Shown: in pieces, positions 1 to 10,361 of the stretch | Numbering within the stretch: position 1 is the stretch's first letter | Layout of the letters: every line of letters starts with the position of its first letter | Source: Octopus vulgaris | Lineage: Eukaryota | Assembly (NCBI GenBank): GCA_951406725.2 | Contig: OX597818.1 | Coordinates: 62,248,001 to 62,312,000 of the forward strand | DNA: 64,000 nt | Direction of reading: 5' to 3' | Program-made: the position numbers and the translations under genes | Notes under the pieces: model-generated | Databases searched by the model: none | Seen by the model: only the letters and a program-made list of their open reading frames with translations | Told to the model about the DNA's origin: nothing

Positions 1-739
1 AGCCTTTCATTTGCTGTTGCTAACTACCGTTAAATAATACCTCTTCTGAACTCCCTGTGTATAATATGTTTTAATCATCCCAGAATACCTGACCTTAGCT
101 TTTTTTTTAAGGTAGCTATGATACTCTCTGGAGCTTATTTAATTTTTTTCTCCTCTGTTGAATACATATTCCCAGAGAATTTACGCATAATAATATTTTT
201 CTCCCTTAATCTGCATCCATACCTTTATTACCAATTTTAATAATGCCGCCACAAACTATTTTTATGTCCCTCTTTCAGTTTATTTTATATAATTTATGAC
301 GTGAGAATTGCTCGACAAATTAGTTCCCTCTCTCCTATTTCGCTATAGAATATCGATTATTTTTGCTTCTCTGATTCTTGTGCATTATTTCTTCTATTTT
401 CGTTCCGTGTTTGGAAGGTACCCGTAATATATATTCTGTAATTATGAGAAGTTGATGGCACATCGTTCAGACCTTCTCCATTTCTGGTAAGAGTGATGCT
501 ATGAACAGTTTCTCACAACCATTATCATTCATAGCGTAACGTAGTCAATTCTAATAACGAGAGAGAGAGAGAGAGGGGGGGGGAGAGGAAGAGAGAGAAA
601 GAGAGAGGGGAGAGAGAAACCGACAGACAGACAGAAAGAGAAAGAGAAAGAAAAAACATAGCAGTACTAGAACTGATTTTTATTTTTTAAGCATAATTCT
701 GCTGCTAAGTTTTGCAGTTCAGTTTCGATGTAAGGTATT

Positions 740-950
740 TAACGAACTTGATTTTCTTTCAAAATTCATTTACCTGTTTCAAGTTAAAAATGAACACTTA
801 CCCTTTAAACTCTGAAAGTAATTTTAATTATAGATTTAAGCAGTTATTCTTTCAAGTTTAGCCTTCACTTCCAAACGTTGTCTTCAATATATAAATGAGG
901 GTTTTAGCTCCACTTTGTAGCCCTTATGATAAATATAAAATTTAATCCTA
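740..950 (-). pseudogene. Very degenerate PLE GIY-YIG endonuclease relic (tentative)
   Basis: Minus-strand translation across frameshifts gives YI..T RLEVKAKLKE ... LKQ-like pieces resembling the YIG/R..EH region of PLE endonucleases; heavily broken. Confidence 0.3.
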
Positions 951-1111
951 TAGCTATCTAATGCTATTTAACGCCTGCAACCACCTATATTATTGTTGTT
1001 GCCAGTATCAATTATTTATATATACCGCAGATGATGATAACAATGGTAATATCTATATAAATATTCATATTTGAATATGTACTGCTTATTTTTATATATA
1101 TATATACATAT

Positions 1112-1182
<71 letters not shown>

Positions 1183-1186
<4 letters not shown>

Positions 1187-1325
1187 AATTTTTTGCGTAA
1201 TGAGATAAAAAAATCTCAAGGACTGTATAGATATTAGAGCATTTATAGATAGAAGGTTCTATCTATAAATGCTCTAATATCTATACAGCGTTGGTTTTTT
1301 TTTATCTCATTACACAAAGCATTCA
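1183..1325. repeat. Fold-back inverted repeat next to (TA)n
   Basis: tgtatagatattagagcatttatagatagaa-gg-ttctatctataaatgctctaatatctataca is a perfect core, with imperfect extension to tgagataaaaaaa/tttttttatctca. Confidence 0.9.
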
Positions 1326-1488
1326 TATATACACACGCTGACATAGAACCAACGTTGAACTATTTATTCGCAATATTACCGAATCTGGAACTTAACTATG
1401 GTCTGTCTATAGCACTTATTCAGCATTACCTGACACCTCTGGGTCTCAATGACACCGTTATCTCTGATATATATATATATTTTTTTTT

Positions 1489-1818
1489 GACCCCCCTTCG
1501 GTCATGAATGACCATGGGATTGCACCTAGAAAGTTACCTTCCTAGATACAAGTCCGGGCAAGGTTGTTTATGGAAGACCAGCAGTCGCCCATGCATACCA
1601 GCCTCCCCTCTCCACGCCACCAGTGTTATCCAAGGGAAAGACAAAGGTCGATACAGCTTGGCACCAGTGACGTCGCAACTCGTTTCTACAGCTGAGTGAA
1701 CTGGAGCAACGTGAAATAAAGTGCCTTGCTCGAGAACACAACACGCAGCCCGGTCCGGGATTCGAGCTCACAACCTCACGATCGTAAGCTCGACGCTCTA
1801 ACCACTGAGCCATGCGCA
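1489..1818 (-). mobile_element. tRNA-derived SINE (head A + core A + tail Y)
   Basis: A box tggctcagtgg, B box gagctcgaatcc, core gcaaggcactttatttcacgttgctccagttcactcagctg; second copy at 22260-22572. Confidence 0.9.
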
Positions 1819-1964
1819 TATATTAAATTAGAGATAAAACCACTATTAGGCAAATCAAGCAGTGAAAAACATAAACCAAAACATAGAAATAAAATTAATA
1901 TAATATACAAAATATATAAAATATAAAATTCAAAATCTAAATTATTATATGATATGATGCAACA

Positions 1965-2230
1965 AGACAACGCATGGGTGTTCAGCCTTTGCCGAATGAC
2001 ATGCAGATATGACTTGTTTATAGTGATCTAATGTATGTGATATACACCAACTCACTCCGTCCATCAAATCGACCTTGCCTGATCAGGTCCATGGAGTATC
2101 ACGCATCAGGTGCAGAAGTGATCGGAGATCAACACGAGATGAAATGCTTTGCCCAAGAAAGCAACGAAACCGCCCAGAATTGAAACCACGATATCACAAT
2201 AGTGAGTGCCACACTAGGCCATGCGTCCTC
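1965..2230 (-). mobile_element. Degenerate tRNA-derived SINE
   Basis: Decayed A/B boxes (gcatggcctagtg ... ggtttcaattc) followed by cttgggcaaagcatttcatctc core. Confidence 0.55.
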
Positions 2231-2311
2231 ATATATAATATACAATTCATATATGTATGCATATATGAGTGTATGTTTGTATCTCTCTCTGTATGTGTAT
2301 ATATATATATA

Positions 2312-2513
2312 TCATTCGCCATGATTGATCACTAGCCACTAAACCTTTTTCATTCTCTCTCTCTGTTTATTTCTGTGTTCCTTTCTGTTGAAGAGCGTAG
2401 GCTCGAAACGTAAAAGACTTTCTCAGTTTCTGAGGTTTAAAATAATGCATCTGGTTGTTGCTTACGCACCCGTCTTCGTCTTTTGTTTTGTTTGTTCTTT
2501 GTAAATTCCCACT
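2312..2513 (+). mobile_element. PLE terminal fragment, family F2, within (TA)n
   Basis: Homologous copies at 11940-12150(-), 26185-26370(-), 30560-30772(+), 39500-39625(-); contains an HHR motif; ends at microsatellites. Confidence 0.7.
2381..2416 (+). ncRNA. Minimal type I hammerhead ribozyme motif (CUGUUGA variant)
   Basis: cttt-CTGTTGA-a-gagc gtag gctc-GAAA-cg-TA-aaag: stem I cttt/aaag, stem II gagc/gctc, palindromic acgt stem III. Confidence 0.75.
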
Positions 2514-2543
2514 ATATATACATATACATATACATATATATAT

Positions 2544-2623
<80 letters not shown>

Positions 2624-2760
2624 ATATGTATACACATATATACATACATATATATATGTATATATGTATATATATACATATATATATATATGTTTACATA
2701 TACATACATATATGTTTATATATACATACATATATATATATATATATACATATATATGTA

Positions 2761-2800
<40 letters not shown>

Positions 2801-3429
2801 TATATATATCCTATCTGGGGAGAGTCATTTTCATGTATAGATACATATATGTACACACCAGCACACGCACATATTTTAGCCTCTTATCAAAACACGTGAT
2901 GTCTTCTCTCTCTACCTTTTCTAACGTTACTACAATGTCTTCTGCTCTTAGGAACTGCCTAGTCTTTTGCGTTCTCCGCTCACTTACTCTCCTTTCTCTT
3001 GTCTCTCTTCTCATCTTCTCATCTTATCATGCCCGTCTACAACCCTCAGGCCCCGCAGAACGTCGACTCTCGCCTCTCTGCAATGGCATCCTGCATATGT
3101 CTTTCTCTAGCCTGATGACTTGCATCAATGCAAGTGGAGCATCTTAAAAACTACAACCAGTGTAAGAAGTACTGGGTCGTTTCCATTTTCTCTTCAGTTC
3201 CCACCTCTGTCTTGATTGGAATTGACTGTTACGCAATTATAAGAGTCTTGTTGAAATCACTCAGAACACTCTTTTTCCTCCCCAAATCGAGAAGGACTGA
3301 ATGGGACGGTATCAGTTCTAACTCTCTATGTTGTATGTCGTGAACTTTACCGCATAATCTACATCAGAAACTAAATATTTAATGTAGCAGCTAGAACTAA
3401 TATTGTTTGGGAATTCCTAAATATAATAA

Positions 3430-3753
3430 TCTGTTGTGTCTGGGGAGAGTCATTTTCTTTTTGTGCCTTATAATGTAACACACACACCGGTAAAATTTCC
3501 ACTTATTTCTTATTTTTATTTTCCTAAAATTTTCGTTGCGTCTTGCAACCTTTCCAATAGTCTTGACTCTGTCCGTTATTTACACTGCGTTCCCTTTTAT
3601 TTGTAACGGACAGAGTCAAGACTATTGAAAAGGTTGCAAGACGCAATGAAAATTTTAGGAAAATAAAAATGAGAAATAAGTGGAAATTTTACCGGTGAGT
3701 GTGTTACATTATAAGGCAGAAAAAAGAAAATGACTCTCCCCAGACACAACAGA
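3430..3753. mobile_element. Inverted repeat (~150-bp arms, ~25-bp spacer), probable inverted PLE pseudo-LTR
   Basis: Arms about 3430-3578 and 3604-3753 are near-perfect reverse complements; each carries an HHR motif; right arm leads into ATG at 3730 (MTLPRHNRICFNTRTHIK...). Confidence 0.8.
3622..3658 (+). ncRNA. Minimal type I HHR with U3-A8 core (mirror copy ~3523-3560, minus)
   Basis: cta-TTGAAAA-g-gttgc aagac gcaat-GAAA-at-TT-tag; left arm has perfect gttgc/gcaac stem II. Confidence 0.6.
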
Positions 3754-4222
3754 ATATGCTTCAACACACGAACCCATATAAAGAATCTTGCAAACCAAAT
3801 CCCAAAACGAAATAAATATAATAGATTAACATTTAAATATACTAAAATATTTAGTAGGAACTAGGTTAGGGTTAGTTATTCAGATGGCAAAAATTTCGAT
3901 TGTTATATGAAAAGCTATAATGTTGCAAGGCAGAATATTCGAACTGCTGACCATCACCGATGACGAAATTGTAAACTACGTGATAATTTCCCATTAGATA
4001 GAAGCTGTTTGGCAAAGTGTCTGGTATACAACACTGAAGTAGAAATGAACAACAAACGGACATAAAGTATCAAAAATCGATTTTATATGAACAATGATTC
4101 ATTTGTCAGCCTTCATAAGAAATGCGCGTCAGCTTCGTTGAAATGTGTGGTTCGTTTGTGAAGCCTTCGCAAATTTAAAATTACAAGGTCGATTGTACAC
4201 AAAGCACAACCCTTAAAAAAAA

Positions 4223-4541
4223 GACTCCGCCGGTTACGACGACGAGGGTCCCAGCTGATACGATCAACGGAACAGCTTGCTCGTGAAATTAACGTGCAAA
4301 TGGCTGAGCATTCCACAGACACGTGTACCCTTAACGTAGTTCTCGGGGATAATCAGCGTGACACAGAGAGTGACAAGGCTGACCCTTTGAAATACAAGTA
4401 CAACTCATTTTTGCCAGCTGAGTGGACTGGAGCAACGTGAAATAAAGTGTCTTGCTCAAGGACACAACGCGTCGCCGGGAATCGAACTCACAACCTTACG
4501 ATCATGAGCCGAATGCCCTAACCACTAAGCCACGCGCCCTC
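4223..4541 (-). mobile_element. Full-length tRNA SINE (head A + core A + tail X) with TSD
   Basis: A box tggcttagtgg, B box gagttcgattcc; flanked by direct repeat acaaagcacaaccct at ~4199 and ~4546. Confidence 0.92.
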
Positions 4542-4887
4542 ACAGACAAAGCACAACCCTACAGGAATGGTAGTTAGAAAACAAAATAATGATGTGACCT
4601 TTGCGCGTAAGATATTAAAAAAATATTTTTTAAAAGAGGAAGAATATCATAAAAAAAAAACAAAACAAAAAACCCCAAAGCAAAACAATACAAAAATAAA
4701 CAAAAAAGAGAAACAGACCTATCAAGTCCTTGTATGCTCGAAGCTAAGTATCTGTTGTGTAAGTTTCAGTTTTTTTTGATTTGTCGACCTCGTTCACAGA
4801 AATATAAAAATTTTTCAAACAAGCGTTTTTCTTTCAGATATTACTTAACAATGGAATTTTTTAAGAGCATGGCAATTCTTATGGTTA

Positions 4888-5028
4888 CCTATTTCTTTAC
4901 TACCCACAAGGGGCTAAGCACAGAGAGGACAAATGAGGACAGACAAACGGATTAAGTCGATTACATCGACCCCAGTGCGTAACTGGTACTTAAGTTATCG
5001 ACTCCCAAAGGATGAAAGGCAAAGTCGA
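4888..5028 (-). mobile_element. SINE family B fragment fused to Penelope 3' UTR
   Basis: gactttgcctttcatcc...agtaccagttacgcactggggtcga; joins the PLE sequence at a tcga microhomology. Confidence 0.8.
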
Positions 5029-5060
5029 ACCTGCGTTCTCATTCCTAAGGTATTTTTCGA

Positions 5061-5112
<52 letters not shown>

Positions 5113-6040
5113 GTTGTTGTTGTTCAGGTCACTGCTTGGAATCGAACCACTACGCAATATGCCAGAGGGCAATTATGCAGTGAATTTTAGGGCTTATAAA
5201 TCTAATATTTTTCTATCCTTTCTTAATACCGGTTCCCATATGCTGCTCACATCTGCATTCGGTCTGCTTAGGAGGTTGTTGTGTCCTAGCATATGTGCTG
5301 CTTCTTTTAGTTTTCGTATTTTCCAGTGGTGTTCTCTGTCTATTATTTCAAATTCATTCCACAGGGGGAGGTGGTCTCCATTTTTCCATACATGATCAGC
5401 TATACCCGATTTATTAATATCTCCTCCTGTCACAGCTTTGTGATGTTCGTCTACCCTATTTTGAGGGGGCGGCATGTTTCGCTTTTGTATAACCTACCAC
5501 AGCTGCATGGGATGGAGTACACGCAGTTATTTGGTCATATTCTCTTCTGTTGGTGGTTGTATCCGAAGGAGATATTTGCGAAGTGTTGTATTACTCTTGA
5601 ATACTGTCCTGACGTCATATGAGCATATCCTTTGTATCTATTCAGAATGGCCTTTCACATTGGGTAGACAGACTGGGGACAGTTTATTGGCTTCATCCTC
5701 TCTCTTCTTCATAATTGGAGTGGATCGTATACTCTTGGGGTAGTTGTTGCTTATCAGATCGTTATTGAGCTTGATCATTTCTTCGTGGTGTGTATCACGA
5801 TCTCTACTTATGCTCTATGTTTTAGGCACTGAGTGTAAGGATGGTCGGAATTGAAGTTAAGGCATCGTCCAGTAAAGGTCGGCTTGCGGTGTACGGATGA
5901 CCTGAATCCATACTTGGTGCGTGTTATTAATACCTCCAGGAATACCCAGCTGATTGTCTTTTTCCTTTTCCATTGTGAACTGTATGGATGGCTTTATTGA
6001 GTTCACATGATATAACAGATCTTCGCATCATCTTACAGAT
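5024..6040 (-). mobile_element. 5'-truncated Penelope/Poseidon-type retroelement
   Basis: RT C-terminus, GIY-YIG endonuclease, then tRNA-like remnant, (AAT)n and the F1 3' module. Confidence 0.92.
5194..6030 (-). pseudogene. Penelope RT thumb + GIY-YIG endonuclease, frameshifted
   Basis: VNSIKPSIQFTMEKEKDNQL/FLEVLITR...VHRKPTFTGRCLNFNSDHP; VYSIPCSCGRLYKSETCRPLK/RVDEHHKAV...SGIADHVW...RKLKEAAHM. Confidence 0.92.
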
Positions 6041-6119
6041 GATTAATTTGCTGTTAATAATAAACAATTATTAACTTTCCAATCTCCGTTTTCTTTTTCT
6101 TCTTTTATATAAATATAAA

Positions 6120-6192
<73 letters not shown>

Positions 6193-6246
6193 AGAAGGTG
6201 AATGAATTATCCTAGTATGGATAATTCGGTTAACCGATACCTGGGT

Positions 6247-6503
6247 AGATAAGAGAAAACAGCATACTACAGGACTAAGTAAATTAGTTTGGCGTCTTAA
6301 GGACAGCAATATAACTTTCAAACTGGACTGGCCCATATTATCTGTATCTTTTCCTTTTGATAAGGACAGGAAATTCTGTGGCCTTTGTAATTCCGAACAC
6401 TTCTTTATCCTTTTCTCCAAATTCCCCTTGGTAAACACAATTATAGAAAAATCCTATAAGTGCAAACATTGGCAGAGACATACTTTCCTCTCATATGAAT
6501 GAT
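6247..6503 (+). pseudogene. PLE GIY-YIG endonuclease C-terminal fragment (no start codon, so missing from ORF track)
   Basis: DKRKQHTTGLSKLVWRLKDSNITFKLDWPILS...KFCGLCNSEHFFILFSKFPLVNTIIEKSYKCKHWQRHTFLSYE*. Confidence 0.85.
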
Positions 6504-7075
6504 GATTAGTATAGATAACCTCTTTGATTTTAATAATTTAGTTTCACTTCTACAACACCACCATAGACAATTTCTTTTTTTCTACTACGTTACATGAAGA
6601 ATTACTACTAAATTTGTTGGAATGTTTTCCTCTTTTTCTCTGCATCTCCCCACCTCTCTCTTTTTCTCTCTCTCTCTATCATACCCACAATCGAACACAC
6701 AGACACAAATCTGTCACCTCACTACTAAATGTTTCTGATATTTTTCACCCTACACACACAGTCACACACACAGAGGCACGAATCCAGTTATATACATACA
6801 CACACACAAGCACTCAAACTCATTAACAATAGAATACACCCACGCATCCCCATACAATACAGCTTGCACACTATACCCTTCCTAGAGCTTTCTCTTCCCA
6901 ACCAAATTTGAAATTTGAACTCTTGAACTCTTTAGAACATTCTCCATCCAACCAACTTTGACGTCATTGCTTATAAAGGGATATTTTAAAGAAACACCCA
7001 TTATTACAGTGGACATCATGTAGGCAGTCATCTAAAAGTTTTTGCTCTTCATGGTGCTGACATAAGTTCCTTGTC

Positions 7076-7156
7076 TTTCCTGATGAGATGGTGGCATAAT
7101 GCACCCTTTATTCCTTCGGAATTAGGAATATGCAGCCTTCGAAACATGTGTCGAGA
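7076..7156 (+). ncRNA. Type I HHR with long stem II (family F3)
   Basis: tttc-CTGATGA-g...c-GAAA-catgtg-TC-gaga. Confidence 0.75.
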
Positions 7157-7195
7157 GTAAAGGAATTTTGTTAAAATCGTCGTTCGACTCCATTC

Positions 7196-7237
<42 letters not shown>

Positions 7238-7356
7238 ATGTATATATATATATGTATGTATATCTATATATGTATATATGTATATGTATATATATATGTA
7301 TGTATATGTATATATATATGTGTGTATATATATGCATATATATATATATGTATACG

Positions 7357-7411
<55 letters not shown>

Positions 7412-8387
7412 TTTTCAGGAATTTAATTCCCCAAAATACTAGGTATTGAACCAGTATTTCCTTGGATGAAACCACCTCTTCATGAGGTTAACACAACCTC
7501 TAATCGAAGAAATATATATACAGACACAAAATACGATAGTATCCACCTTTACATTGTTGATATTGAATTCACTGTTTCGGGCATCGACTTGAATGAATTG
7601 AGGTGCGAATTTATCCAAGCATTTAACGGGATTATGCACGAGAAATAGCGAAATGACTTTATCTCCGCTTAATTAGCTTAACAAGCTTGATTAAATTTTT
7701 ATGTCTTACATTGATAAGCATCAGTCATCTAGGAAGCTAAGCGCAGAACCCATGTATATTAACAAAATTCCACCTACATACCTGTAGTTTCTGAAATTCC
7801 ACCTACCTACCTGTAGTTTCTGAAAACTGAATCTCTAACGTATTGTCAACACAGATATATTAGATAAAGAGACTCTTTACTATAATGACGCAGCAGAACC
7901 GAGCGGACACGAGGACAAAATCTCTCACACTCATTATCCTCTACCGCTTTCTAACCGGAAAAACTGTTTGAAAAACATCTGGTCTATTTTCCTATCCTAA
8001 TTAAACGCTAAATGCACACTAGTTGAGCATTCCTTAGGCTCAATTAATAAATGTTTCCTGATCAACCAGCGTTACAGGAAACTGATTAATAGACACAATT
8101 TAAAGTCAAGTTACAGTTGTACATCAAACGTTGAAAATATAATTACAAGATGTCCATCTAAACCTACGGCGCTAAATTGTTCTTGAAGAAACAGATTCAT
8201 TGCTTCTCAGTTCTGCTTCATCAGAGTAATTATTTACGAGACAAAGTTAATGTCCACACAAATAAGCTGAAATGTTGAGGGTAAATGTTGCACGTGTAAT
8301 GGTGGGAGGTAAACTTAGATCCCTATTTTTCAATCATGCTTCTTCGTACAGAATCAGAGAAGAAAGGAATGTCCCAAAACTTCCCTT

Positions 8388-8790
8388 TTCTTTACTTGTT
8401 TCAGTCATTTTGACTGCAGCCATGCTGGAGCACCGCCTTTAGTCGAGCAAATCGACCCCGGGACTTATTCTTTGTAAGCCCAGTACTTATTCTATCGGTC
8501 TCTTTTGCCGAACCGCTAAGTGACGGGGACGTAAACACACCAGCATCGGTTGTCAAGCAATGCTAGGGGGACAAACACAGACACACAAACACACACATAC
8601 ACATACACATATATATATACATATATACGACAGGCTTCTTTCAGTTTCCGTCTACCAAATCCACTCACAAGGCATTGGTCGGCCCGAAGCTATAGTAGAA
8701 GACACTTGCCCAAGATGCCACGCAGTGGGACAGAACCCGGAACCATATGGTTGGTTAGCAAGCTACTTACCACACAGCCACTCCTGCGCC
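8388..8790 (-). mobile_element. SINE family A (internal microsatellite), full length
   Basis: Head gtggctgtgtggtaagtagcttgc...ccgggttc, internal (TA/TG)n, tail ggcggtgctccagcatggctgcagtcaaaatgactgaaac. Confidence 0.92.
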
Positions 8791-8819
8791 TTGTTTGGAA
8801 AATAAAAATAAAAATGCAA

Positions 8820-8857
<38 letters not shown>

Positions 8858-9308
8858 TTTTACTCTTTTACTTGTTTCAGTTAATTTGAGCGCGACTGTG
8901 CTGGAGCACCGCCTTTTAGTCGAAGAAATCGACCCCTGGACTTATTCTTTGTAAGCCTGGTGCTTAATCTATCGGACTCTTTTACCGAACCGCTAGGTTA
9001 CGGGGGACGTAAACACACCAATATAGGTTGTCAGGTGACCGTCGGGGACAAAATGCAGGCACAAAAACACACACATAAATATATATATATATACATACAT
9101 ACACACACACACACACACAAATATATATATATATGCATATATATACGACAGGCTTCTTTCAGTTTCCGTCTACCAAATCCACTCACAAGGCATTGGTCGG
9201 CCCGAGGCTATAGTAGAAGACACTTTGCCCAAGGTGCCACGCAGTGGGACTGAACTCAGAACCATTTGGTTGGGAAGCAAGCTAGTTACCACGCAGCCAC
9301 GCCTGCAC
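8858..9308 (-). mobile_element. SINE family A
   Basis: Same head, body and tail as 8388-8790. Confidence 0.9.
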
Positions 9309-9312
9309 CTAT

Positions 9313-9383
<71 letters not shown>

Positions 9384-10094
9384 TGTATATATAAATTAAT
9401 GATAAACAGCAGTTTGCAACGTATCACCAAAAAGGAGAATTACAAATGTCACTAAATGCGGCAAGGGGCAAGGGTGTAAGGTTACACCAACATTGCTAGA
9501 AATAAGAGCTAAACCGCTCTAATGCTGTAGTTTCCTAATACTCTAGTCACATTGTGTGTATGCTGTTATACAGTTCCAAGTCGTACAGAAATCTAATCAG
9601 AGATGTTCTATCAAGGGCTTAGCCGTCTTTCTGTACACCAGATACTACGTGTTCTGATGTGTCCTTCTTTGTAAACAGTAGGGTATATTATTTAAGAGAG
9701 ACATTGTTGTTATTTCTGGGAAGTCGAGTGACCACACAGACGCTCCCTCATTGCTTCGTATATGCTTGTGTGAATGCAACTGTAGTTATATGGGTAAGAC
9801 GTTCATTTCACAATCATGTTGCTTTGAGTTCGATATCACACCATGGTATCTGAGGTATATTTTTTGTGCCATAGTCACGGGTCAGTCTAAACCGTTCGAA
9901 TGAAGTGTGATGATACGAAAACCGTGTGGAAGCTTTGCATATATACACTTAGTCATTCAGAAGGTTACATAAAGATCACTTCTTAGTCACTCTTTACACT
10001 ACATTTCAAAGACACGCCGTTCCGTTGGAATATTTATTATTGGAACCAATGAAAGAGCGATTTAATTTATTTGTAGAATTGTCTTCGTAATTAC

Positions 10095-10225
10095 AAATTC
10101 CGCCAAGGTCGACTTTGCTCTTCATCCTTTCGGGGTCGATTAATTAAGTACCAGTTGCGTACTGAGGTCGATCTAATCGACTGGCCTTCAAAATTTCGGG
10201 CCCTGTTCCTAGAGTAGAAAAGATT
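10095..10225 (+). mobile_element. SINE family B fragment
   Basis: caaattccgccaaggtcgactttgctcttcatcctttcggggtcgat...agtaccag. Confidence 0.8.
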
Positions 10226-10323
10226 ATATTCGTAATTAGAATTTTAGTGGGGGTTTTTTGGACCGGCTGCTTGCTCGGTGTTGAAGGAAAAGATTTGGAA
10301 ACAAAAGACAGAAGTGCGCGCAT

Positions 10324-10361
<38 letters not shown>

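Larger units (their letters stand above)
6195..7200 (+). mobile_element. 3' part of a PLE (CxxC...CxH-type endonuclease tail), flanked by (TA)n
   Basis: Endonuclease tail ~6247-6503, 3' UTR, HHR at 7076-7156; homolog at 16530-17325. Confidence 0.8.

Noticed and set aside
1745-1818. Functional tRNA genes at SINE heads (also ~4470-4540, 16253-16327, ~29180)
   Set aside because: Acceptor and anticodon stems are imperfect and the sequence continues into SINE or PLE bodies
3160-3205. HHR-like CTGAAGA...GAAAC on the minus strand
   Set aside because: No stem II and no convincing stem III
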